Numbered from the stretch's first letter, positions 9,713-17,570 are shown. The stretch is DNA of 64,000 nt from Candidatus Vicinibacter proximus (GCA_016713905.1 JADJOE010000003.1:2071944-2135943), one strand, 5' to 3'. Translations and numbers: made by a program. The notes: a model not told the origin generated them from the letters alone.

Positions 9713-10411
9713 ATGAAACTTAAGTGCCTGGTCATCGACGATGATCCTCTGATTTGCGATCTTATTAAACATTTCTGTGATAAAATCCCGGAGATCGAAT
9801 ACTGTATTTCTGCCGGAACCGGTATGGATGGTCTTCAGGTGTTGTCCGGACAGGAGATCAACCTCATCTTTCTGGATTTCAACCTCCCGGACATGAAGGG
9901 ACAGTATTTGTTGGAAATTAAAAAAACCGATGTGCCGGTCATCATGGTAACATCCGAGGCAGAGTTTGCTGCAAAATCCTACGAGTATGAAGACGTCCAG
10001 GATTTTTTAGTGAAGCCCATTTCATTTGACCGATTTCAAAAAGCGGTACAGAGAATCCTGACAAAGCCACAGCAAAGCACTCCTATCAAACAAGACCAGG
10101 AGGTAATTTTTGTGAAGGACGGCACTAAATTCGTAAGACTCCCCTATCAGGACATATTGTACTTAAAATCAGAAGGTAACTACGTCTCCTTTGTAACCAC
10201 CGACAAGACCATTCTCAGTCTGATCACCATCAAAGAGCTCGAAGAAAAACTACCCTCGTATTTTATGCGGGTCCACCGTTCCTACATTGTCAATCTGCAG
10301 CGAATGGAAAGCATCTCCACCGAAGAAATTGCCATCGGAAAACACCATATTCCCATCAGTCAAAAGTATCGACCGGATCTGATGCTGTATATCGGGAATG
10401 CGAATGAATAG
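9713..10411 (+). CDS. LytTR-family response regulator
   Basis: Receiver domain (LVIDDDP..., LIFLDFNLPDMKG) followed by a LytTR DNA-binding domain (ILYLKSEGNYVSFVT...RVHRSYIVN). There is no adjacent kinase on the same strand. Confidence 0.9.
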   Translation: MKLKCLVIDDDPLICDLIKHFCDKIPEIEYCISAGTGMDGLQVLSGQEINLIFLDFNLPDMKGQYLLEIKKTDVPVIMVTSEAEFAAKSYEYEDVQDFLVKPISFDRFQKAVQRILTKPQQSTPIKQDQEVIFVKDGTKFVRLPYQDILYLKSEGNYVSFVTTDKTILSLITIKELEEKLPSYFMRVHRSYIVNLQRMESISTEEIAIGKHHIPISQKYRPDLMLYIGNANE

Positions 10412-10465
10412 GATTTTACATAATTAAATACAAAAATCTGAATTAAAGTGGCTCAGCGGAAATAG

Positions 10466-10792
10466 CTCCGTGATTTCATTGAAGTTACAATGTATAATAA
10501 AACAAGTAATCCCAATAGATAAAGGATTAAAAGCCAGACTAAATTCAAACCAAACAATGTAAGAAGTCTATCCAATGTTTTAAAACAAGCTATAGAAAAA
10601 GCAGGAATTAAGATAATTGTCACTTCACATTCCTTGAGACATAGTTGTGCTACATACCTCCTGGAAGCAAGAACAGATTTGAGATATATTCAAGAGTTGT
10701 TGGGGCACAACAGCAGCAAGACTACTGAAATTTACACGCAAGTCAGCACCAAGAACATACAAAAAATTACCAGTCCATTGGATACTTTCTAA
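10466..10792 (+). pseudogene. tyrosine recombinase remnant, C-terminal catalytic part only
   Basis: Hand translation gives ...NNVRSLSNVLKQAIEKAGIKIIVTSHSLRHSCATYLLEARTDLRYIQELLGHNSSKTTEIYTQVS...*. HxLRH, LLGH and the catalytic Tyr are present. There is no N-terminal domain or start codon, and an in-frame TAA lies at 10520-10522. Confidence 0.8.
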
Positions 10793-10942
10793 GAAAATTT
10801 AATTAATTTTGGGAAAAGATATGCACACCTTTTGTTTCACCAATCCCTCCACCGATAGACAGACTTGTGCCACGAGGTGTTAGGTATATACGAGTTATAC
10901 CTAACCGTACAAAATTATAAAAACAGAGTATATTTGCATAAT

Positions 10943-11173
10943 ATGACAAAAACAACAATAATAAAAAACATAAATAGTCTTTTGGAATCAATAGAAGATC
11001 AAGAAATGCTTGAATCCATTTATGATCTTCTTGAAAATTATAGGAATTCCAAGACTTTAAACACATGGGATAAATTAACAATCGAACAAAAAAATAAAAT
11101 ATTGCAAGCATATTCCGAATCGGAGAATGATGAAAACTTAATCCCAATGGATAAAGTAATAAAAATGAAATGA
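10943..11173 (+). CDS. putative antitoxin (addiction-module component) paired with a ParE-like toxin
   Basis: 76 aa from the internal ATG (MTKTTIIKNINSLLESIEDQEML...). It is small and acidic, and its stop overlaps the toxin ATG (ATGA-type coupling). A TATATTTG box (TAnnTTTG) lies at 10929-10936. Confidence 0.6.
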   Translation: MTKTTIIKNINSLLESIEDQEMLESIYDLLENYRNSKTLNTWDKLTIEQKNKILQAYSESENDENLIPMDKVIKMK

Positions 11174-11461
11174 CGATATTTTTTTACTAGCTCAGCAACT
11201 AAAGATCTTGAAAATATTAACTCTTATTTATCGCAGCATTGGGGAGAGAATTCACAATTAAAGTTTGAATCTAAACTTAGGCATTCATTAAATTTATTAC
11301 CTTCTAATCCTAGACTGGGTATTTTAGAAAATGTTGCCAAAAATATTTATAGTATCCACGTGCATAAACATATCAGAGTTTATTATAGATTAACGCTTAA
11401 AAAGATAATAATCCTTTCACTTTTCGATGTTAGACAAAACCCAAATCTTCGCCCAACGTGA
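11170..11461 (+). pseudogene. RelE/ParE-family toxin, frameshifted in a T7 run
   Basis: ATG 11170 reads MTIFFY* . The frame shifted forward by one nt reads RYFFTSSATKDLENINSYLSQHWGENSQ...IRVYYRLTLKKIIILSLFDVRQNP. Removing one T from the run at 11179-11185 restores MTIFFTSSATKDLENI... Confidence 0.75.
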
Positions 11462-11713
11462 CATGGCCGGTTGGGTATAACATGGCATAGACTCCACACC
11501 GCCAGCTAGAAGAAGTCTTTCATAATAAGCTGTATTTGTTTAGCAAGAGTTTAATTGTTATTTTTTGGTTTAAAGGGTTAGGTGGTGCAGCGTCTATGCC
11601 AAAACCGTTGTGCGACAGCTTAGAAAACCGACACCTGACAAAATCACGAGAAATATTGTTTCTAATTTTGGAAACTTTTATTATCTTTGTGACGTTTAAC
11701 AAGACAGTATTGA

Positions 11714-12055
11714 ATGAGATTTTTCGAGACAAAATTTTTAGAAGAAGCGGACGACTTTATTTCACAACTTGACCCGAAGACCATTAAGAAAATCTTTTAC
11801 AATATTGACCTTGCTGAACAGACCAATGACCCAAAACTTTTTAAGAAACTTCAAAATGACATTTGGGAGTTTCGGACAATGTTCGCAGGACTTCAAATCA
11901 GACTTCTTGCATTTTGGGACAAGACAGATAATAAGGAAACTTTGGTAATAGCGACCCACGGTTTCGTAAAGAAAGTTGACAAGGTTCCGGCAAACGAAAT
12001 TGACCGGGCAGTAAGACTGAGAGACAAATATTTTAAAAACAAACATAAAAAGTAA
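11714..12055 (+). CDS. RelE/HigB-like toxin (Gp49/DUF891 type)
   Basis: 113 aa (...IWEFRTMFAGLQIRLLAFWDK...LVIATHGFVKK). The toxin-first arrangement is followed 4 nt later by an XRE antitoxin. A TATCTTTG box lies at 11682-11689. Confidence 0.8.
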   Translation: MRFFETKFLEEADDFISQLDPKTIKKIFYNIDLAEQTNDPKLFKKLQNDIWEFRTMFAGLQIRLLAFWDKTDNKETLVIATHGFVKKVDKVPANEIDRAVRLRDKYFKNKHKK

Positions 12056-12059
12056 TCAT

Positions 12060-12386
12060 ATGGCAACTAAAGAATTAAAGACTTACTCACTTGCCGAGAT
12101 GAAAGATAAGTATATCGGCAAAGTCGGGACACAAGAGCGTGACGAGTACGAATATGAACTTCGTATGGACGTTTTAGGTAAAATGATTAAAGCCGCAAGA
12201 CAAGAAAGAAACTTGACACAAGAAGAACTTGGACGACTTGTTGGGGTTCAGAAAGCTCAAATTTCAAAACTTGAAAGCAGTGCTAACAGTGCGACAATCG
12301 ACACCATTATCAAAGTGTTTAGAGCATTAAAAGCAGAAATCAATTTTAACGTAAAACTTGAAGACAACTTTGTCAAAATCGCCTGA
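12060..12386 (+). CDS. XRE-family HTH antitoxin (HigA-like)
   Basis: 108 aa with HTH LTQEELGRLVGVQKAQISKLES. It lies immediately downstream of the HigB-like toxin. Confidence 0.85.
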   Translation: MATKELKTYSLAEMKDKYIGKVGTQERDEYEYELRMDVLGKMIKAARQERNLTQEELGRLVGVQKAQISKLESSANSATIDTIIKVFRALKAEINFNVKLEDNFVKIA

Positions 12387-12483
12387 CAGAAAAGAAAGCC
12401 GAACGTACAACACACGCTTTGCGCAACGGGGGCTGACATCGTTCATAGGAAGTTTCTGCCTCCATTGTAAATTCGTGCTGGCA

Positions 12484-12745
12484 GACAATTTAGTTTTCCA
12501 AAATCCCCCACTGCACCAAGCATGGAAACGTTTTGAGAAAACTAATTCAAAATAATTCGATAAACTCTTCTCTATATTTAACAACAAATAAATTTAAAAA
12601 CATTTATTCCGTAATACAAGAATTCATGACTATTGGTTGCAATTTAAAGTAGAGCAACCAAAGCAACGGAAATCAAGTCCGGATGTCGTAAGGTTTTGTG
12701 ATGGAAAAATCAGGGTGGATTATTAAGTTTCTTACTAAATTCGCT
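12484..12745. repeat. direct repeat, copy 1 (partner at 21063-21325)
   Basis: The 60-mer at 12541-12600 is identical to 21121-21180, an offset of exactly 8,580 bp. By eye there are about 9 mismatches over about 200 nt (12538-12740). Weaker homology extends upstream to about 12484. Confidence 0.9.
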
Positions 12746-12934
12746 TTGTACTTTATGAATAAAGCCAAATCGATCAGTATGTATTAAATCCACTATGAGA
12801 AACTATATCCTTTCCTGCTTGATCCTCTCCCTTGTTTCCTGCACCCCGGAAAACAAGATAGACATCGTCAGAGAACCCCCTCCCGAACCAAAACCATCGA
12901 AGAGGTCGATGCTATAAAAGCTGCACTCCATGCC

Positions 12935-13075
12935 ATGAAAATTGAATTTGAAGTTTCTAATGAAGAATACTATAATCCTGAATTTGTTGCTAAAATTGAG
13001 AAGAGCAGACAAGACTTTAAAGATGGCAAAGGCAAAGCATATACTACAGAACAACTTAATGCATTATGGAAGTAA
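12935..13075 (+). CDS. short antitoxin candidate partnered with YoeB (N-terminal region lacks a start)
   Basis: MKIEFEVSNEEYYNPEFVAKIEKSRQDFKDGKGKAYTTEQLNALWK. Its stop overlaps the yoeB start by 10 nt. The in-frame upstream sequence (TKTIEEVDAIKAALHA) looks like more of the same protein but has no start codon. Confidence 0.5.
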   Translation: MKIEFEVSNEEYYNPEFVAKIEKSRQDFKDGKGKAYTTEQLNALWK

Positions 13076-13323
13076 TTTTTCTTCCTAATGCTGAAGAAGA
13101 TCTTAATTTGTGGGTATCGACTGGAAATAAATCCATCCTCAAAAAAATAGCTCAACTTGTCAAAGGCATTAAAGCCAATCCCTTTGATGGCATCGGCAAA
13201 CCTGAACCACTAAAACAAAATCTATCAGGCGCTTGGTCTGGCAGAATCAACAAAGAACATCGACTTGTTTATGAAATTATTGACGATAAAATTTTAATTC
13301 TATCTGCTAAAGGGCATTATTGA
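13066..13323 (+). CDS. yoeB: Txe/YoeB-family toxin
   Basis: 85 aa with close resemblance to YoeB (GKPEPLKQNLSGAWSGRINKEHRLVYEI...GHY). The C-terminal His-Tyr and the Glu of GKPEPL are retained. Confidence 0.9.
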   Translation: MEVIFLPNAEEDLNLWVSTGNKSILKKIAQLVKGIKANPFDGIGKPEPLKQNLSGAWSGRINKEHRLVYEIIDDKILILSAKGHY

Positions 13324-13743
13324 TCATATAATTTTAGTATAGAAATTATGTGCTTCTAAAAATTTCATAATATTCGCCCATTGCTCCTCATTGCAATCAA
13401 ATTCCAACGTATATTTATTTTTATTCACTAAGTAAATATTTAGTACATAGTGATCATGCTTGCCTCGCTTTTCACGTGTCTTAATATATTCTATATTGCT
13501 ATTATTAATATTTACATTTGATTTTTTAGGAAAAAAGTAAAAAGCTTTAATTTCCGTATCTGTAAAATGAAGCAAATAACATTTTTGGGCAGAAACAAAT
13601 ATAAAAAGGAAAATAACTAAACCTACTGCTAACTTACCTATTAGATGAATATTGCTACTAAAAATTACTAGGAATGCTATTATATAAACAGCTATCAATA
13701 TATACTCTCTTCTTAATTGTTTTTGATTATCAATAATTAACAT
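13324..13743 (-). CDS. putative immunity protein (2-TM) for the adjacent orphan Rhs-CT
   Basis: 139 aa with two TM helices, then a soluble tail. It starts 19 nt after the CT stop and has the same architecture as the 14658..15122 ORF. Confidence 0.6.
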   Translation of the reverse strand: MLIIDNQKQLRREYILIAVYIIAFLVIFSSNIHLIGKLAVGLVIFLFIFVSAQKCYLLHFTDTEIKAFYFFPKKSNVNINNSNIEYIKTREKRGKHDHYVLNIYLVNKNKYTLEFDCNEEQWANIMKFLEAHNFYTKII

Positions 13744-13762
13744 AAATGCTTAAGAGTATAAA

Positions 13763-14419
13763 TTAATTTTTAAATAAATTTTGAATATCAAATAAATCCG
13801 AAATATTGGAATTTAATTGAATTAGACTTTTTTCAGAATTTATAGTTTTTAAATTAATTTGATTAAGAGAAGTATTAATCCCTCTAAGGCCAAATATTGC
13901 ACTTCCATAATCTACTAATTTACTTTCTTTATTTGTGGCATCATTATATATATCGGCAGCAGAAAATCCAAAATTTAAAGCTTCAATTCCAGCAATTGCA
14001 ATTTTTGCTCCTTGTATACCCTTTGCAGCAAGCCCAACCCCTGTCACAGTCGAAGCAATATTTGCCATTTGTAGATTAACACTAAGTGTTTTCTTTAAAG
14101 CAAATTTAAACCCATCTGGTCCCTTAAGTTTAACTTCATCAGATGGCTTATTATCAAATATGTTATTAATAACCCTATTCACATTGCCTACAAATCCTTC
14201 AGGATAACTATAAGTGTCTTCCTTTGGCTTATCACTTGGTTGAGGTGTTGGTGTTGGCGTGCAACTTGATGGAGGACATGTGGAAGTTTCTGGTGCTTTT
14301 TTCTTAGGATCACCTCCACCATCAGAATCTTCCTCACTCATTCCAGTTGGATCTATTATTCTTATTGGGTTATTAAATCCATATCGATATGGATTCCAAC
14401 TAGGTGTTTTTTCTTCCAT
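13763..14419 (-). CDS. orphan Rhs C-terminal toxin cassette (core-end motif plus unknown CT)
   Basis: Begins ...SWNPYRYGFNNPIRIIDPTGM (PxxxxDPxGM core-end motif). A Pro/Thr linker follows, then a CT with a Gly/Ala-rich amphipathic stretch (GVGLAAKGIQGAKIAIAGIEAL). No Rhs core lies upstream. Confidence 0.75.
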   Translation of the reverse strand: MEEKTPSWNPYRYGFNNPIRIIDPTGMSEEDSDGGGDPKKKAPETSTCPPSSCTPTPTPQPSDKPKEDTYSYPEGFVGNVNRVINNIFDNKPSDEVKLKGPDGFKFALKKTLSVNLQMANIASTVTGVGLAAKGIQGAKIAIAGIEALNFGFSAADIYNDATNKESKLVDYGSAIFGLRGINTSLNQINLKTINSEKSLIQLNSNISDLFDIQNLFKN

Positions 14420-14650
14420 TGGATCGGCACTATATCAAATTTATGCTGCTAGTTCATACACCTAACATTTTAGGGTATACAAATATAACAATTCTTCTTC
14501 TGTCAGTGGGGCTGAAAAAAAATAAAAGTCTTTCAGTTAGTCTTCTTAATGGCAGAATTTATAATCAGATGCCGATGCAATCCTTGTCAAAATTATTAGG
14601 CACAAAGCACAGATTTCCGCCAATAGAAGGTAGAATACTTCAGTAAAAGA
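14420..14650 (-). repeat. decayed rhs core homology upstream of the orphan CT (copy 1)
   Basis: Aligns by eye with 15819-16023, with identity declining away from the CT. It contains stops in all frames. Confidence 0.6.
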
Positions 14651-14657
14651 AATAATT

Positions 14658-15122
14658 CTATGGTAAACTTTTTATGTTTTCATTTGATAAATACGAGTCT
14701 ATTCTATTAATATTTACTTTCAAATCTATTAATGTTCTAAATAATTTTTCAGAATTTTTTAAACTCATTGCAATAACATGTTTTACAATTTTTACATTAT
14801 TTCTTTCTTTTATGTAAACCGTTGTGTAATGTCCCCGTTTATAAGAAAAGTAGATTTTAATTTCCTCAATCAGATCTAAATTGTAAAAATATTCCTTTTT
14901 AATAAAAAGCATAAAATACTTTAAAAAAAGGTCTTTATTTGTTACGACAATTTCAGCTTTAGATTTCATTGACCAATAAAAAAGGTAAGTTATTGCTACA
15001 ATTGCTAGTGTCGAAAATAATTTTGCTGAATTCCAAAACCAAAACAGCATAATAAGGATAAATCCCAAAGGTAGATTTTCAATAATATTATGTTTAAAAT
15101 AATATAATTTCCTTGCTGACAT
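14658..15122 (-). CDS. putative immunity protein (2-TM) for the adjacent orphan Rhs-CT
   Basis: 154 aa with two TM helices (LPLGFILIMLFWFW, LAIVAITYLFYW). It starts 3 nt after the CT stop. Confidence 0.6.
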   Translation of the reverse strand: MSARKLYYFKHNIIENLPLGFILIMLFWFWNSAKLFSTLAIVAITYLFYWSMKSKAEIVVTNKDLFLKYFMLFIKKEYFYNLDLIEEIKIYFSYKRGHYTTVYIKERNNVKIVKHVIAMSLKNSEKLFRTLIDLKVNINRIDSYLSNENIKSLP

Positions 15123-15125
15123 AAA

Positions 15126-15818
15126 CTATTTAGGTTTTTTATTAATTTGATTAGATAACTCATATGCATCTTTTATATCACCAATATTTCCAACTCCTGG
15201 TTTTGCTTCAAAATGAGATTTCCAACCACCGAGTGTCGCATTAACTAATTTATTTAATTTTGCTCCATTTTCCCCTAAAGTAAATTCAGTGAAATTAAAT
15301 CCAGTTAAATCATTTATTAAATCATTCGCATCATTACCCATTCCATACATTGTTATTCCATTTCCAAGAATAGAAGCCCCTTTTTTAAAATTTAAAGCAG
15401 CAAAACCTTCTCCTAATGAAAAAACATTTAAAATAACTGAAGCTTGTTTGCTGGCTATCTTTAGAACTGCAACCGTTCCACCTTCGCCTTTCAAATCTTG
15501 CTCTTTAACGCCATAGAAATTTTCTGTTGCGGACACTAATTTGTTATTCCATGATCTATTTTCTTTAACTTCAGGAGTCATGCTAGAATAAACTCCTTTA
15601 TCCTTGCCCTCGTTATCTGTCCATTTATAATCCTGATTTTTATCAGTCCGATTAAAACATCCATCAGAATCACACCATGAATTTCCAGTAAAATTTTTAG
15701 GTGGAAATTTAGCTTCTTCTTCTCCCATTCCAGTTGGATCTATTATTCTTATTGGGTTATTAAACCCATAACGATAAGGATTCCAGTTGGGAGCTTTTTC
15801 TGCTAGTGGATCGACCAC
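15126..15818 (-). CDS. orphan Rhs C-terminal toxin cassette (paralogue of 13763..14419)
   Basis: GTG start. It reads VDPLAEKAPNWNPYRYGFNNPIRIIDPTGM, then a CT with LKGEGG..., AALNFKKG and NDLIND motifs that parallel the other orphan. About 40 nt around the motif are nearly identical to 14341-14380. Confidence 0.75.
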   Translation of the reverse strand: MVDPLAEKAPNWNPYRYGFNNPIRIIDPTGMGEEEAKFPPKNFTGNSWCDSDGCFNRTDKNQDYKWTDNEGKDKGVYSSMTPEVKENRSWNNKLVSATENFYGVKEQDLKGEGGTVAVLKIASKQASVILNVFSLGEGFAALNFKKGASILGNGITMYGMGNDANDLINDLTGFNFTEFTLGENGAKLNKLVNATLGGWKSHFEAKPGVGNIGDIKDAYELSNQINKKPK

Positions 15819-16023
15819 ATACCACTTCTGTACTTAATAATCATAATCCTAACTTTTTAGGTCATACAAAGATAAAAGATATTTATTCTTCAAGCAATGG
15901 GGAGGCAAGAATAAAAAACTTGTTGGCAGATTACTTGATGATAGAACTTATGATCAAATGCCAATGCATTCCTTCTAATAATTATCAGCACAAGTTGAAA
16001 ACCTGTGCCAAAATGGGGATTAT
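15819..16023 (-). repeat. decayed rhs core homology upstream of the orphan CT (copy 2)
   Basis: Homologous to 14420-14650. The stretch GATTATGATTATTAAGTACAGAAGTGGTATGTGGTCGATCC aligns, with one indel, to the ARYYDPRISVWYGVDP coding sequence of the 16604..17428 fragment. Confidence 0.6.
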
Positions 16024-16626
16024 TTAAATATCGCCATTCATCTTTAACATTAATTCAACATCTTTCTTTTCATTAATTGCATTAAGTCTTGTGACTATGG
16101 ATTGAATACCTCTTTGTCGATTGATTAAGTGTTGTTCATAAAAAAATAATGACATTTTTAAATTATTATTTTCAAAATAAGAAAGAGCCAATAGATATCT
16201 TGCATCATTAATTATTGATTTATTAGTATTGTTCTTTATTTTTTCATTCTTTCCAACAATTTGATTAAGGCTGTTAATTGCCTCGATATGTAATTTATTT
16301 GCTCGTAATATTAATGCATAATTATATAAACAATAAGAATCATTAGGTGCTATTTTCATGTATTTTTTGGAAACTTTTAAAGCCTTTTCATATTCTCTTA
16401 ATTCATAAAATGCTAGCCCATACTCGACAAGAATCCAATAGTCAAAATCAACTACATACTTTTCGTTTTTTAGAATTGATAGCAATTCGATTATTGTTAC
16501 ATATTTTTTATTATGATTTAATTTGATAATAATCTCATGTAATCGATCCAGATATTTTCGAATCAAAACTGGGTCTTTCTTATTTGAGTAATTTAAAATT
16601 TTACTAATCAATTGATGATTTGTCAT
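16024..16626 (-). CDS. putative immunity protein, TPR-like
   Basis: 200 aa, helical, with TPR-type repeats (EYGLAFYELREYEKALKVSKKYMKIAPND...). Its ATG lies 23 nt inside the 3' end of the upstream Rhs-CT ORF. Confidence 0.6.
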   Translation of the reverse strand: MTNHQLISKILNYSNKKDPVLIRKYLDRLHEIIIKLNHNKKYVTIIELLSILKNEKYVVDFDYWILVEYGLAFYELREYEKALKVSKKYMKIAPNDSYCLYNYALILRANKLHIEAINSLNQIVGKNEKIKNNTNKSIINDARYLLALSYFENNNLKMSLFFYEQHLINRQRGIQSIVTRLNAINEKKDVELMLKMNGDI

Positions 16627-17428
16627 TTTTTACTCTTTTATTAGGATTAGGGTCCTGTTTAAATTTTTTATTTTTATCTCCTTTATTAGAATTTCTTTGG
16701 TCACCAGTTCTTTCACCTGGTCTTACTTTAGTATGCTTGTCGTTACTTGATTTACTTTTACTTGTAGTGTGCTTAACTTCTTGTTGACGCTGTTTAATTG
16801 ATTCAATTCTTTTATTAGTCTTCTCAGTAGGTGTTTTTCGGGCCTCAACTTTAGAAGGGCTAGCTAAATTGCTTAAGGCAGTTGTAGTTGTTGCTGCGCC
16901 ATGAACTACAGCGGCTGTTGCTACTGGCGTTGCCAAAGCAGTAGCTCCTCCAGATGGTAATGCAAATGCAACAGCTGCAGCACCTCCAACAAACCCGACA
17001 GCAGTTTCAACAATTCCAACAGCTGCTGCAATTACGTCACCCGTTGTTTGCCCATATTCAGCTGCTTGTGCATAATTTCCAAATTGATTTGGGTCACCTC
17101 TTCCAGCACCAGCTAACATATTTGAAGAAACTGCATTTACAGCACCTGCAACAAAAGCAGTTGTATTTGCAGCGGCTTCTTTAAGCCAAGCAGGAGGGTC
17201 TGGCCACTTTCCATCAGGATCAGTATAAATTATTGGATTATTGAATGTATATATGTAAGGAGAATACTCTAATCCATCTTCTGTCAATGGATCGACACCA
17301 TACCACACCGATATCCTAGGATCATAATACCTCGCCCCAAAATAATAAAGTCCGGTCTCCTCATCAACCTCCTTACCCGTGAACCTATACTTCGTAGAAT
17401 AGCCCCCAGCTTTCTGTTCGGCCAGCAA
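16604..17428 (-). CDS. Rhs core end plus C-terminal toxin domain (3' portion of a disrupted rhs)
   Basis: YRFTGKEVDEETGLYYFGARYYDPRISVWYGVDPL...SPYIYTFNNPIIYTDPDGKW is followed by a Gly/Ala-rich hydrophobic region and a Lys-rich tail. Only a TTG start is available, and it is in frame with the upstream pseudogene. Confidence 0.7.
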   Translation of the reverse strand: MLAEQKAGGYSTKYRFTGKEVDEETGLYYFGARYYDPRISVWYGVDPLTEDGLEYSPYIYTFNNPIIYTDPDGKWPDPPAWLKEAAANTTAFVAGAVNAVSSNMLAGAGRGDPNQFGNYAQAAEYGQTTGDVIAAAVGIVETAVGFVGGAAAVAFALPSGGATALATPVATAAVVHGAATTTTALSNLASPSKVEARKTPTEKTNKRIESIKQRQQEVKHTTSKSKSSNDKHTKVRPGERTGDQRNSNKGDKNKKFKQDPNPNKRVKNDKSSID

Positions 17429-17570
17429 GTTCCACTTTTAGACTTCACACTAAAGTAATCTTTATTTTTCAATCTTGGTTTTCATCAAGCCGATTGCAGG
17501 GGCAATCGGTTCCCTTCTTATCGAGTGATCTTTATCACTCGATTGGCGCAGTAGCGCCACCAGTCGGTCA
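17429..17570 (-). other. in-frame insertion of about 140 nt in the rhs core with three adjacent tetraloop hairpins
   Basis: It lies between LPFGD and LLAEQKAGGYSTKYRFTGKE. The hairpins are 17490-17509 (8 bp), 17521-17542 (9 bp) and 17544-17559 (6 bp). Three in-frame stops lie at 17462-64, 17450-52 and 17438-40. Confidence 0.6.

Noticed and set aside
10803-11147. 114-aa minus-strand ORF
   Set aside because: It is antisense to the antitoxin gene of the ParE-like pair and has low-complexity hydrophobic content. The TA arrangement on the plus strand explains the region better.
11520-11772. Overlapping 70- and 78-aa ORFs between the first two TA modules
   Set aside because: They overlap each other on opposite strands, carry no recognisable domains, and overlap the promoter box and the 5' end of the HigB-like gene.
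12645-12671. Hairpin TGGTTGC...GCAACCA inside direct-repeat copy 1 as a possible sRNA or terminator
   Set aside because: Three of the differences between the copies fall in this hairpin, and copy 2 (21225-21251) cannot form it. The structure is therefore not conserved.
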